The notes under the pieces: generated by a model
The model's database searches: none
Told to the model about the DNA's origin: nothing
Seen by the model: the letters and a program-made list of their open reading frames with translations, nothing else
Assembly (NCBI GenBank): GCA_965261595.1
Contig: CBDHDG010000005.1
Location: 768,001-832,000, forward strand
Direction: 5' to 3'
Length of the DNA: 64,000 nt
Source: a bacterium
Lineage (GTDB): Bacteria; UBA8248; JACPRG01; G963555815
In this document: piece by piece, positions 1 to 10,059 of the stretch
How positions within the stretch are numbered: the stretch's first letter is position 1
How the letters are laid out: every line of letters starts with the position of its first letter
Program-made: the position numbers and the translations under genes

Positions 1-645
1 ACACTGGCCGGCCCCAAGAGCCGGGAAGCGGTTCGTGAAGTTTTGGGTGCGGCGCCGGACTTCGACAGGCGTTATGAATGCATGGCATTCGACTGGGGAG
101 GCGCGGGAATGATCGCGGCCGCGACGGATCGCCTGGGTCCGCCCGCGATTGACCTCATCGTCCCGACCGGGAATCTGTCGCTGCTTTGGGACGCCTTCGA
201 GGCCGTGCCGGCTTCGGGGTTTTCGGCCCTGGAGGCGCTCAGGATCGAGGCCGGCGCGCCCAGGTTCGGCGCGGACATGGACGAAACGGTCAACCCCATG
301 GAGGCCGGTCTTCTGAACGCCCTCGACTTTGACAAGGGCTGCTACATCGGTCAGGAGGTGGTCGCCAAAATCGAATCGCTGGGCCACGTGAACCGGCGCC
401 TTGTGGCCCTTCACATTGAAGGCGATACGCCGCCCGAAGCCGGCGCCGCGATCTTCGCGGACGGCAAGAAGGTCGGCCAAGTGACGAGCGCGGCATGTTC
501 TCCGGCGCTGGAAGAGGTCGTCGCCCTGGGCTATGTACACAGGAAGGCCTCTTCAACGGGGCAGGCGTTGGCAATCGACTGCCGAGAATCGCGGGTCGCG
601 GCGGTCGTCGGCGAACGGCCTTCCGCGTCGGGGGGGGGGGATTAA
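1..645 (+). CDS. YgfZ/GcvT-family folate-binding protein, C-terminal part (5' end outside window)
   Basis: Signature DFDKGCYIGQEVVA plus GcvT C-terminal barrel (VGQVTSA..SP.L...VALGYV). Confidence 0.9.
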   Translation, partial: TLAGPKSREAVREVLGAAPDFDRRYECMAFDWGGAGMIAAATDRLGPPAIDLIVPTGNLSLLWDAFEAVPASGFSALEALRIEAGAPRFGADMDETVNPMEAGLLNALDFDKGCYIGQEVVAKIESLGHVNRRLVALHIEGDTPPEAGAAIFADGKKVGQVTSAACSPALEEVVALGYVHRKASSTGQALAIDCRESRVAAVVGERPSASGGGD

Positions 646-706
646 GACAGAGAGGTTGAGATTCAGGCTTCAGCGGGTCCGGAAAACCGTTTCGGACAAA
701 CCTCTC

Positions 707-735
707 TTGACACCCCTAGGCCGCCCAATATATAT
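707..735 (+). promoter_or_regulatory. Probable sigma70 promoter of the tRNA pair
   Basis: TTGACA at 707-712, 16-17 nt spacer, TATATA-like -10, ~45 nt upstream of tRNA-Lys. Confidence 0.6.
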
Positions 736-778
736 GGAGAGCAACGAGTTTGAGCGTCTCCATCGGACGCCCATCTTC

Positions 779-855
779 GGGCCGCTAGCTCATCAGGTTA
801 GAGCACCTGCCTTTTAAGCAGGTGGTGCCAGGTTCGAGTCCTGGGCGGCTCACCA
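779..855 (+). tRNA. tRNA-Lys (anticodon TTT)
   Basis: Acceptor stem GGGCCGC/GCGGCTC, anticodon arm CCTGC-CTTTTAA-GCAGG, GGTTCGAGTCC T-arm, encoded CCA. Confidence 0.97.
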
Positions 856-895
856 ATTGTCTGATGCCAAAATTGCCGAAGCCCTTATCTCAGAC

Positions 896-973
896 GTCCC
901 CATCGTCTAGCCCGGCCTAGGACACCGCCCTTTCACGGCGGCGACGGGGGTTCGAATCCCCCTGGGGACGCCA
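896..973 (+). tRNA. tRNA-Glu (anticodon TTC)
   Basis: Acceptor stem GTCCCCA/TGGGGAC, anticodon arm CCGCC-CTTTCAC-GGCGG, GGTTCGAATCC, encoded CCA. Confidence 0.97.
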
Positions 974-987
974 ATTAAATCAATATA

Positions 988-1758
988 TTACAGAGACCCT
1001 GCCACTCTCTCCTCTTGCTTAGTGTCCATATAGGTGTCCAGGCGATGGATTGCGGCCCGCTTGTGGTCGGGTGTCAGGTGAGCATATCGGAGGGTCATTT
1101 GCATCGACTTGTGCCCGAGAAGTTCCTTGACGGTCACCAGATCCGCACCCGCCATGACCAGGTGAGATGCAAACGTGTGCCGGATATCGTGGAACACGAA
1201 CCCCTCAATACCCGCTTTCTTTAGCGCCCTCTCGAATCGCCACCTGATATTCCTTAATTCGTTGCCATCCCTTCCCGGAAAAACATAGGGGGTATCCAGG
1301 CGACGTGGGAGGCGACGAAGGGTTTCCCGCAGGGTGTCGCTCATGGGGACTTCCCGCCTTTCCCCATTCTTGGTGTCCACCACCAGAACGACGCCATTTT
1401 GAAGGTCCAGGTCCTCCCATTGGAGCGAGAACAACTCTCCCCGCCTGAGTCCCGTGTGAATCGCCGTCACCAAGATTGGACGCAAGATTTCGTCCGAAAC
1501 CTCTAGGAGGATTTCAATTTCTTCTTTGCTCAGGTAACGCAACCGCTTGTTGTTCACCCTGAGCGGGCGGAAATGCCTGACGGGGTTCGAGAGTGCCATC
1601 CCCCATTCTTCCGCCTTGGTGAACATGTGCCGAAGGACACCGAAATCCCTGTTCAAGGTAGCTGGCTTCAGCAAGCTGGCCCGCCCTTCCACAAGCGTAT
1701 CAATGTCCCTCGGCGTAATTTGATCGAGACGACTCGGGCCAAATTCTTTTCAAAACGC
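988..1758 (-). pseudogene. Tyrosine recombinase/phage integrase, N-terminus removed by IS3 insertion
   Basis: Catalytic residues present (TGLRRGE, TKNG, HDIRH, LGH, RYAH); frame stays open upstream of 1692 (RFEKEFGPSRLDQITPRDI) up to the IS end at 1759; stop lies 14 nt after tRNA-Glu. Confidence 0.9.
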
Positions 1759-1843
1759 TGACCTGCCCCCCTGAAACCGGTCCGGTTTGAGAGTTAGGAT
1801 TTTCGCACGGCTTTCGGGACTGGATTGGCCTAGAAAGGGGGCA

Positions 1844-2125
1844 ATGATGAGTCGGAAGCGATTCACCGCGGAGCAGATCATCCACAAGCTTCGTCAGGCC
1901 GAGGTGGAGTTGGCCAATGGGCAGAGGATGGCTCAGGTCTGCAAGACGCTGGGGATCTCCGAGCAGACCTATTACCGGTGGCGGCGGGAGTACGGAGGCC
2001 TGCGCCTGGACCAGGCGAAACGACTGAAGACACTGGAGCAGGAAAACGCCCGGCTAAAGAAGCTGGTGGCCGAGCAGGCCCTGGATAACGCCATCTTGAA
2101 GGAGGCCTCCCAGGGAAACTTCTGA
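1844..2125 (+). CDS. IS3 transposase OrfA (HTH)
   Basis: MSRKRFTAEQII...GISEQTYYRWRREYGG...LEQENARLKKLVAE; GGGAAAC slippery heptamer just before the stop. Confidence 0.93.
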   Translation: MMSRKRFTAEQIIHKLRQAEVELANGQRMAQVCKTLGISEQTYYRWRREYGGLRLDQAKRLKTLEQENARLKKLVAEQALDNAILKEASQGNF

Positions 2126-2148
2126 GCCCGCCTGCGCGGCGGCGGGCG

Positions 2149-3018
2149 ATGGAGCATGTGCGGGAGAAGCTGAGCGTGTCCGAACGTCGCGCCTGCCGGG
2201 TGCTGGGTCAGGCCCGCTCGACTCAGCGGCGCTCTGCCCAGGTCCCTGACGATGAGGCCCGTTTGGTGGCGCGGGTGACAGAGCTGGCGAGCGAGTACGG
2301 ACGGTACGGCTACCGGAGGATAACGGCTCTATTGGAAAGAGAAGGCTGGCGAGTGAATCACAAGGGGGTGGAGCGGATCTGGCGCCAGGAAGGCCTGAAG
2401 GCGCCGAAGAGACAGCCCAAGCGAGGGCGTTTATGGCTGAACGACGGCTCTTGTGTTCGCAAGCGTCCGTCTTATCGGAATCATGTGTGGTCCTACGACT
2501 TCCTGGCCGCGAGGACGCACGATGGGCGGCCTTTACGGATGCTGGCTGTGATGGATGAGTTGACCCGGGAGCGCTTGGCCCTTGATGTAGAGAGAAGACT
2601 CAACTCCGAGGACGTCCTGGACCGCCTCACCGAGTTGTTCGTCCGGCGTGGCCTGCCGGCTTATATCCGCTCGGACAACGGGGCGGAGTTCACGGCGAAT
2701 GCGGTGAGAGGGTGGCTCACCCGTCTTGGGGTGAGAACGCTTTACATCGAGCGGGGCAGTCCCTGGGAGAACGGCTATGTGGAGTCCTTCATCGGCAAGC
2801 TGCGCGATGAGCTGCTCAACGGGGAGATCTTCTACACCCTGACAGAGGCCAAGGTGTTGGTGGAGAGATGGCGACAACTCTACAACCGGGTAAGGCCCCA
2901 TAGTGCCTTGGGCTACCGGCCCCCGGCGCCGGAGGCCATCGAACCAATGCCTCCGGGCATCCCTACACTTTCGGATATCGGGGAGAAGAGACTAACTCAA
3001 AAAGTGGTACAACTTTAG
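2149..3018 (+). CDS. IS3 transposase OrfB (rve/DDE)
   Basis: YGYRR, WSYDF, SDNGAEF, PWENGYVESF motifs. Confidence 0.95.
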   Translation: MEHVREKLSVSERRACRVLGQARSTQRRSAQVPDDEARLVARVTELASEYGRYGYRRITALLEREGWRVNHKGVERIWRQEGLKAPKRQPKRGRLWLNDGSCVRKRPSYRNHVWSYDFLAARTHDGRPLRMLAVMDELTRERLALDVERRLNSEDVLDRLTELFVRRGLPAYIRSDNGAEFTANAVRGWLTRLGVRTLYIERGSPWENGYVESFIGKLRDELLNGEIFYTLTEAKVLVERWRQLYNRVRPHSALGYRPPAPEAIEPMPPGIPTLSDIGEKRLTQKVVQL

Positions 3019-3029
3019 GGGGCGGGTCA

Positions 3030-3936
3030 CGAGAAGGACGGACCGGGCGGACGCGATGAAGTCGATGCTTCCTTGGCCCCGGTAAATCGCCTTGCTCGAT
3101 TCGCTCTTTCGAAGATGGCGTACCGCCAGAATCGATATGTCATGGCGCTCGGCTATCTCGGCAAGCGGGGCCAGGATGGCCCGAGTCTGGTTTGCCCGAT
3201 AAGTGTCAACCTTCGCCCCCATATAGGCGATCAAGGGATCGATAACGACCAAAGCCGGTCGAAGTGCCGCAATCTCCACCTCCAGCGCAAGCATGCCCTC
3301 TGAATCAAAAACCATTGGGCGATTCCAGGCGCTTACACGAGACACATCCGCTCTCATCCTGTCCAAGCGCGGACGGATGGTGTCGGCAAGTCCGTCCTCT
3401 GCGGAAAGCAGGAGCACATCGGATGGCCCGAAAGGGTCGGCTTCGGGAAGGGAGACACCAAGACTGACCGCCGTTGCAATTGCAAGGCTGACCCACGATT
3501 TTCCCGTCCCCGGGTCACCTTCGAGAAGGGTCAGTTTGCCTCGGGGGATGTACGGATACCAAAGCCACGAGACATCCTCGGGTTCCACATCGGCCATGCA
3601 GATGATCGGACTTTCCTCCTCCCCGACCTCCTGAAGCGTGTGTATATGATTAGGGAGACGCTCCGGGTCCTCAGAGGCAAAAACCAGGGAGACCACGTAG
3701 TCGACCCCTCCCACCGTCGGAAGTACGCCGGCCTTGCGTAGCTCGTCATTCAGTGCATGTTGCTCGATGGTCTGCCCTTTTTGATCGAGGGCGATCATCG
3801 CCTTGAAGATTTCCCGGTGACGCTCATCCTCAAAGTTGTTCAATCCAACATCAGCGGCGATCTCCTTGAACGTCCGCGCCCCCGCGAGTACCGCCCCTAG
3901 GACCGCCTGCTCGGCCTGGACGCATACCGTTGTCAT
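3030..3936 (-). pseudogene. DnaB-N-terminal-like + RecA/AAA_25-type ATPase (replication protein of integrated element), 3' truncated by IS
   Basis: AEQAVLGAVL..F...RHREIFKAM (DnaB N-domain); V.WLWYPYIPRGKLTLLEGDPGTGKS (Walker A), LVVIDP (Walker B); runs into IS at 3029. Confidence 0.8.
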
Positions 3937-3939
3937 CCT

Positions 3940-4119
3940 CTGTTCTCCTCCCGCGCCGGGACCCGATTTTTTTTTCAACAAGGCGGTCGAGGTCTTCCCG
4001 CTTGATGAGAACGCGGCGACCCAACCGGACAACAGGGATTTTCCCCTCGGCGACCCACCGCCGAAGACCGTGAATGCTGACGATAGTTCTTGCGCGGCTT
4101 GTGTCATTGAAACCAACAT
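3940..4119 (-). pseudogene. Excisionase-like HTH protein (frameshifted in this sequence)
   Basis: MLVSMTQAAQEL in one frame continues as SIHGLRRWVAEGKIPVVRLGRRVLIKREDLDRLVE in another; typical HTH_17/Xis pattern; 3' end approximate. Confidence 0.75.
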
Positions 4120-4497
4120 CTTTAACTTCTCCCGTGTTCGGACCGACCCCATGCCGGACCATCACAGCGTATATGCAAGGAGAAAAAGCTTTTGTAAGGA
4201 CACAACCCCCCATAGATTTATCGGTTTTACGTAGGGTTGTGATCGCAAGAGTCGAATGGGAATTTTGAAATAACGCCCGGACCAAAGCGGTGAGGAAAGA
4301 GCAGGATTTTCTACTTCTCTCTTCTCAATCTGCGGTATCGCGAACCAATAGACGCTTGGCTCACAAAACCTGTCTCCTTGTCCTCCGTTGGAGGCGATTC
4401 ACTCAACCACCAAAAAGCGTCTGCCACAATGTCATACGTCTTCATCGCGGGTGGACCGCCCCTGGGTTATTGGACACTCGGGTGAGGGTATTCGACC

Positions 4498-5415
4498 TCA
4501 TGCGGCCTCCGCAACTTGAGCGAGTTTTTCCTGCCTTGCCTGGGCCGGCGTTCGGTAGCCGTAGCCCTCGAGAATCCAATGATGGTTATACAGGTTCTTG
4601 AACTCAAGCAGCGCCCACCGCAGTTCCTCTACGGTGGCGAAAGAGCGCACCCACAGGAGATTCTCCTTCAAGATGCGGATAAACCACTCACAGTAGCCAT
4701 TTCCCTCGGGCGCCCGCACGAAGCTGGGCGAACTGGTCATGCCCAGGTAGGCGATCTCCCGCTGAAAGTCATCGGACAGATAGGCGGGGCCGTGGTCGTG
4801 ACGAACTTTAAGCCCCTCGGCGACGTCCGCCTCCAAGCCGGCGAAGCGCTCGGCGACCCCCTGCCGGATCGGCTCCAGGGCCTCGAAGCGGTTGCCGCTC
4901 TTGGCCGCATGGATCCCCACGCAGTCCACCGAGCAGTGATCCACCGCCACGAACACCGAGGCCATCCCCTCCTCGGTGGTCACCGTCGTCGTCATGTGCG
5001 TGCCCCACATTCGGTCGGGCCGCTCGGTGCGGATGGTCCCGTTGTGGGCCTTGGGACCTCGGGGTTTGCCCACCCGGTGGGGGGCCTGAAGCCCCGCCTC
5101 CCGCATCAGGCGACGCACCCGCTCCTTGCTGGTGCGGATGCCCGCGAAGCGCAGCCTCGCCCACACCTTGCGGTAGCCCTCGCCATGGAAGGGAGAGTCC
5201 TCCAGGACCTGCCGGATGTGGCCGAGGAGTTCCGCATCGGTGCACGGGCCCACAGGGCCGCGCTTATTGGGCGTGGGGCGTTCATGAACGGGGACCGCCT
5301 CTCGCCGCCGTTGCGCGTAGACCGTGGAGCGCGCCAAGCCCCAAAGGGCGCACACCCGCTTCAGGCCGTAGGCTCTGCCCGTGGAGGTGAAGCGGGCCTG
5401 ACTCATCGCCTCCAC
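4498..5415 (-). CDS. Transposase OrfB (integrase core) of second IS
   Basis: GYRKVWARLR, RHDHGPAY, PEGNG..E.FIR.LKE; first catalytic Asp appears replaced (WGTHMT). Confidence 0.85.
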   Translation of the reverse strand: MEAMSQARFTSTGRAYGLKRVCALWGLARSTVYAQRRREAVPVHERPTPNKRGPVGPCTDAELLGHIRQVLEDSPFHGEGYRKVWARLRFAGIRTSKERVRRLMREAGLQAPHRVGKPRGPKAHNGTIRTERPDRMWGTHMTTTVTTEEGMASVFVAVDHCSVDCVGIHAAKSGNRFEALEPIRQGVAERFAGLEADVAEGLKVRHDHGPAYLSDDFQREIAYLGMTSSPSFVRAPEGNGYCEWFIRILKENLLWVRSFATVEELRWALLEFKNLYNHHWILEGYGYRTPAQARQEKLAQVAEAA

Positions 5416-5789
5416 CTCCTGCCGGCTAAAGGGCGGCCGGCCTCCAGGCGGTCGATCTTCTCCCGCAGGACCTCGCCCTCCATCGTGAGTTCGCCCACCT
5501 TGGCCTTGAGCCGGGCGTTCTCCTCGTCCCGCTCATCCGCCGGGCGGGCTTTGAGCGCCGCCTCGCCCCCGCGAAGGAACGCCTCGCGCCAGGCGGAAAG
5601 CCGAGCCGCTGTCGTGCCCAACTCGCGGCAGAGCGTCTCCAGGCTCTCGCCCCGCAAAAGACGCAGGACCGCCTCCCGCTTGCGCTGGCAGGAGAACCGA
5701 CCCCGCTCACTGCGATGCCCTGGGGCCTTGGCTCCGTTCGCCCTGCGGGCGCCCTCCGCCAAAGCCCCCTCTTGCTTTTGTTCGTTCAT
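5403..5789 (-). CDS. Transposase OrfA (HTH) of second IS
   Basis: RFS..RKREAVLRLLRGESLE.L.RELG....LS.WRE.FL; coiled coil LKAKVGELTME. Confidence 0.85.
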   Translation of the reverse strand: MNEQKQEGALAEGARRANGAKAPGHRSERGRFSCQRKREAVLRLLRGESLETLCRELGTTAARLSAWREAFLRGGEAALKARPADERDEENARLKAKVGELTMEGEVLREKIDRLEAGRPLAGRRWRR

Positions 5790-5856
5790 CGCGACACCCC
5801 TTTCTCCATGAATCATGGATCAATCGAGTGTCCAACAAAACCCTAGAGCGGGGGAT

Positions 5857-7124
5857 CCGCCCCCTAAAGTTGTACCACTTTTTGAGTTAGTCTCTTCTCC
5901 CCGATATCCGAAAGTGTAGGGATGCCCGGAGGCATTGGTTCGATGGCCTCCGGCGCCGGGGGCCGGTAGCCCAAGGCACTATGGGGCCTTACCCGGTTGT
6001 AGAGTTGTCGCCATCTCTCCACCAACACCTTGGCCTCTGTCAGGGTGTAGAAGATCTCCCCGTTGAGCAGCTCATCGCGCAGCTTGCCGATGAAGGACTC
6101 CACATAGCCGTTCTCCCAGGGACTGCCCCGCTCGATGTAAAGCGTTCTCACCCCAAGACGGGTGAGCCACCCTCTCACCGCATTCGCCGTGAACTCCGCC
6201 CCGTTGTCCGAGCGGATATAAGCCGGCAGGCCACGCCGGACGAACAACTCGGTGAGGCGGTCCAGGACGTCCTCGGAGTTGAGTCTTCTCTCTACATCAA
6301 GGGCCAAGCGCTCCCGGGTCAACTCATCCATCACAGCCAGCATCCGTAAAGGCCGCCCATCGTGCGTCCTCGCGGCCAGGAAGTCGTAGGACCACACATG
6401 ATTCCGATAAGACGGACGCTTGCGAACACAAGAGCCGTCGTTCAGCCATAAACGCCCTCGCTTGGGCTGTCTCTTCGGCGCCTTCAGGCCTTCCTGGCGC
6501 CAGATCCGCTCCACCCCCTTGTGATTCACTCGCCAGCCTTCTCTTTCCAACAGAGCCGTTATCCTCCGGTAGCCGTACCGTCCGTACTCGCTCGCCAGCT
6601 CTGTCACCCGCGCCACCAAACGGGCCTCATCGTCAGGGACCTGGGCAGAGCGCCGCTGAGTCGAGCGGGCCTGACCCAGCACCCGGCAGGCGCGACGTTC
6701 GGACACGCTCAGCTTCTCCCGCACATGCTCCATCGCCCGCCGCCGCGCAGGCGGGCTCAGAAGTTTCCCTGGGAGGCCTCCTTCAAGATGGCGTTATCCA
6801 GGGCCTGCTCGGCCACCAGCTTCTTTAGCCGGGCGTTTTCCTGCTCCAGTGTCTTCAGTCGTTTCGCCTGGTCCAGGCGCAGGCCTCCGTACTCCCGCCG
6901 CCACCGGTAATAGGTCTGCTCGGAGATCCCCAGCGTCTTGCAGACCTGAGCCATCCTCTGCCCATTGGCCAACTCCACCTCGGCCTGACGAAGCTTGTGG
7001 ATGATCTGCTCCGCGGTGAATCGCTTCCGACTCATCACTGCCCCCTCTTCTAGGCCAATCCAGTCCCGAAAGCCGTGCGAAAATCCTAACTCTCAAACCG
7101 GACCGGTTTCAGGGGGGCAGGTCA
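5857..7124 (-). mobile_element. IS3-family insertion sequence, copy 2 (inverted; orfA 6757-7038, orfB 5864-6733)
   Basis: Near-identical reverse complement of 1759-3029; terminal TGAC of its IRR is missing where it abuts the second IS. Confidence 0.95.
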
Positions 7125-7655
7125 GTCGATTCCATCGAGGGGGGTCTCACCGTCGCGGAGAGCGTCGATCTGGCCGCTGCGCTGGAGGAGATGGGGCTGG
7201 ACGCCATCGAGGTCTCTTGCGGCGTGATGGAGAAGGAGAGCGACAGTTGCGGGGAATACATCGGCGTCGGTCCTGGAAGGGCCGCGCGGGACTGGCTCTT
7301 TCACCGCTTGGCTTCCCCTCCGGGCCGAGAGGCGTACTTTCTGCCGTACGCGCGGGCCATGAAGAAGCGGCTCGGGATTCCCGTGATCCTCGTGGGCGGG
7401 CTGAGGACAACGGAAACCATGGAGCGGGTCCTCTCTTCGGGCGACGCCGACTTTCTGGCCATGGCCCGGACCTATATTCGGGAACCCGATATCGTGGACC
7501 AGATCCGAAACGGGCGACGCGGGCTCGTCGATTGCACCTCGTGCAACCTCTGCCTGATGCACGAAGGGAAAGATTCTCTCCGGTGTTGGCGGAAAAACGC
7601 CTCGTCGCTCCTGTATCACGCCTACTGCCGGTTCTGGAGGGATCGGGGGGAATGA
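7125..7655 (+). pseudogene. NADH:flavin oxidoreductase (Old Yellow Enzyme family), 5' truncated by IS
   Basis: GLDAIEVSCG, IPVILVGGLR, DFLAMAR.YIREPD, CTSCNLC; only the C-terminal part is present. Confidence 0.85.
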
Positions 7656-7696
7656 CAGCGCACGCGGCCGACAGGGGAGGGGGAGGGGGAGAGACG

Positions 7697-10021
7697 ATGA
7701 AATCAACCTGGATCGGGGCCTCCTACGAGCGGGGGGACGGTTACGACAAGGCGAGCGGGGTGGCGGTGTACGGGACGGACGTGGTCCGGCCCGGGATGCT
7801 CCACGCGAAGATCCTGAGAAGCCCCTTGCCCCATGCCCGGGTTCTGCGCGTCGATACGGAGCGGGCGAAGCGTCTGCCGGGAGTCCGGGCGGTCGTTACG
7901 GGAGCGGACCACCCCGATTCGAATTGGGGGATGATGCTGGCCGATCAGCCCATTTACGCCGTGGACCGCGTTCGTTACGTGGGCGAGGCGGTGGCCGGCG
8001 TGGCCGCCGTCGACGAAGACGCCGCCCTAGAAGCCCTGGATCTGATCCAGGTCGAGTACGAAGAACTTCCGCCGCTGTTCGATCCCGTCGAGGCCGCAGC
8101 CCCCGACGCACCCCTCCTGCATCCCGACCTCGGCCAATACGCGTGCAACCGGAAGCTCTTCGCTCCGGTCCCGGGAACCAATATCTGCAACCATTTCAAG
8201 CTCCGCCGGGGGGACGTGGAGGGGGGATTCCGGCGATCGGACCGCATCTTCGAGGATACCTTCGAGATCCCCATGGTCCAGCACTGCCCCCTGGAGCCCC
8301 ACGCCTGTGTCGCGCAGTTCTCCCCGCAGGGAAAGCTCACCCTGTGGAGCAACACCCAGGGCCCCTACCTGACCCGGGAACAAGTGGCCAAGGGGCTGAA
8401 GCTTCCCCAGAGCGATGTCCGCATCGTGTGCTCGTACGTCGGCGGCGCGTTCGGCGGCAAGATCAGCGGCGTCATCGAGATCCTCGCCGGGGCCCTCTCC
8501 CTGAGATGCAACCACCGCCCCGTGCGTCTGGAGATGTCCAGAGAGGAGGAGTTCACCTGCACCTTCGTGCGCCAGCCCGCCCGGATCACGTACAAGACGG
8601 GCGTCGGGTCCAACGGGGATTTTCTGGCCCGTGAGGTTCGTCTTCTCTGGGAAGCGGGGGCCTACGGCGACTATGAGGTCCTCATCTCCCGAAACGCGGG
8701 CTACTCGGCGTCCGGCCCCTACCGGATTCCCAACGTCCGGATCGATTCCTACTGCGTTTACACCAACAAGCCGGTGGCGGGGGCCTACCGGGGATTCGGC
8801 GTCCCGGAGACCTGTTTCGGGTACGAGGGTCAGGTCGATCGCATCGCCCGGGAGCTTGGGATGGACCCCGTCGAGCTCAGACTGCGGAACGGGGTGGAGA
8901 CCGGTGACCTCACGCCGACCGGGCAGACCCTCGTGAGCGTCGGGCTCAAGGAATGCATCCGCCGGGCCGCGGACGGGCTCGGCGGTCCGGACGAGACGGT
9001 GGAGCGGGCGGGGAAACGACGCGGACGGGGGCTGGCCTGCATGTCGAAGTTCACCGTCACCGGAGCGCACGTCCAATCGGCCATCAAGATCAATGAAGAC
9101 GGAAGCGCGGTCCTTCTCTCCAGCGCGGTGGAGCACGGCCAGGGCGCTCACACCATCCTGCGGCAGATCGCGGCGGAAGTCCTGGGCCTCGACCCCCGGA
9201 GGATCTCGATGGGACAACCCGATACCGCTATGACCCCGTACGGGTGGGAGACCTCCGCCAGCAAGACGACCTTCTTCGACAGCAACGCGGTGCGCCTGGC
9301 CGCCGGAGACGCCAAGCAGCAGCTCTTCCGCGCCGCGGCGGTCCTGCTGGAGGCCGCGCCGGAGGACCTGGAAGCACGGGACGGGAGGATCCACCCCCGG
9401 GGGGCGCCCGAGCGCTCGGTCTCTTTCGCCGATGTGTCCATGGGGGTTTACGGTCCGGACGGGCGCGTCGTTGGGGGACCCGTCCTCGGCCGCGGTCATT
9501 ACACGCCGGTGGACGGCACGCTTCTCGATCCCGAAACGGGGCAGGGAGACAAGCCGGCGGTCTTCTGGATGTTCGCCGCCCAGGCAGCGGAGGTCGAGGT
9601 GGATGAGGAGACGGGTGAGGTCCAAATCCTCAAACTCAGCGCGGCCCATGACGTGGGCCGGGCCATCAACCCCAACGGGTGCACCGGGCAGGTTGAAGGG
9701 GCCCTGGGGCAGGGGATCGGAACGGCGCTGTTCGAGGAGATGTCCTTGGAGGATGGGAGGGTGTTGAACCCGAACCTGATAGACTACAAGATCCCCTGCA
9801 CGCTGGACCTGCCGCCCCTGGTCCCGATCCTCGTGGAGGAGGCTCACCCCGAGGGGCCCTACGGGGCCAAGGGGGTGGGCGAGCCCGGTCTGGCGCCCAC
9901 GGCCGCCGCCATCGCCAACGCCGTTTATGACGCCCTCGGCGTGCAGATCAAGACGATCCCCTTGACGCCGGAACGGGTCCTGGGGGCGCTGGAGGGCGGG
10001 GCGGACCGGGCCTCACACTGA
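7697..10021 (+). CDS. Xanthine dehydrogenase family molybdopterin-binding (large) subunit
   Basis: [58 protein letters not shown] after G/A-rich SD. Confidence 0.93.
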   Translation: MKSTWIGASYERGDGYDKASGVAVYGTDVVRPGMLHAKILRSPLPHARVLRVDTERAKRLPGVRAVVTGADHPDSNWGMMLADQPIYAVDRVRYVGEAVAGVAAVDEDAALEALDLIQVEYEELPPLFDPVEAAAPDAPLLHPDLGQYACNRKLFAPVPGTNICNHFKLRRGDVEGGFRRSDRIFEDTFEIPMVQHCPLEPHACVAQFSPQGKLTLWSNTQGPYLTREQVAKGLKLPQSDVRIVCSYVGGAFGGKISGVIEILAGALSLRCNHRPVRLEMSREEEFTCTFVRQPARITYKTGVGSNGDFLAREVRLLWEAGAYGDYEVLISRNAGYSASGPYRIPNVRIDSYCVYTNKPVAGAYRGFGVPETCFGYEGQVDRIARELGMDPVELRLRNGVETGDLTPTGQTLVSVGLKECIRRAADGLGGPDETVERAGKRRGRGLACMSKFTVTGAHVQSAIKINEDGSAVLLSSAVEHGQGAHTILRQIAAEVLGLDPRRISMGQPDTAMTPYGWETSASKTTFFDSNAVRLAAGDAKQQLFRAAAVLLEAAPEDLEARDGRIHPRGAPERSVSFADVSMGVYGPDGRVVGGPVLGRGHYTPVDGTLLDPETGQGDKPAVFWMFAAQAAEVEVDEETGEVQILKLSAAHDVGRAINPNGCTGQVEGALGQGIGTALFEEMSLEDGRVLNPNLIDYKIPCTLDLPPLVPILVEEAHPEGPYGAKGVGEPGLAPTAAAIANAVYDALGVQIKTIPLTPERVLGALEGGADRASH

Positions 10022-10059
10022 CGGTCACAGCTTCGAAAGCCCGGCCGCTCGCGCTCCCC

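Larger units (their letters stand above)
1759..3029 (+). mobile_element. IS3-family insertion sequence (IS407-like), copy 1
   Basis: Terminal IRs TGACCTGCCCCCC / GGGGGCGGGTCA; orfA+orfB organisation; no target duplication visible. Confidence 0.95.
4452..5855 (-). mobile_element. Second, unrelated IS3-like insertion sequence
   Basis: Imperfect IRs sharing TTGGACACTCG (4452-4480 and 5825-5855); HTH orfA and integrase-core orfB; right end approximate. Confidence 0.85.

Noticed and set aside
4516..5811. Long antisense ORFs (431 aa here; similarly 8027-9847, 26205-27536, 50235-51368, 61931-63448)
   Set aside because: Shadow ORFs opposite well-supported genes, expected in high-GC DNA.
6995..7696. 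N-terminal 234 aa of the 1008-aa ORF suggesting a novel XDH fusion
   Set aside because: Open frame running through the IS end and the oxidoreductase fragment; the real start is ATG 7697 with its own SD.
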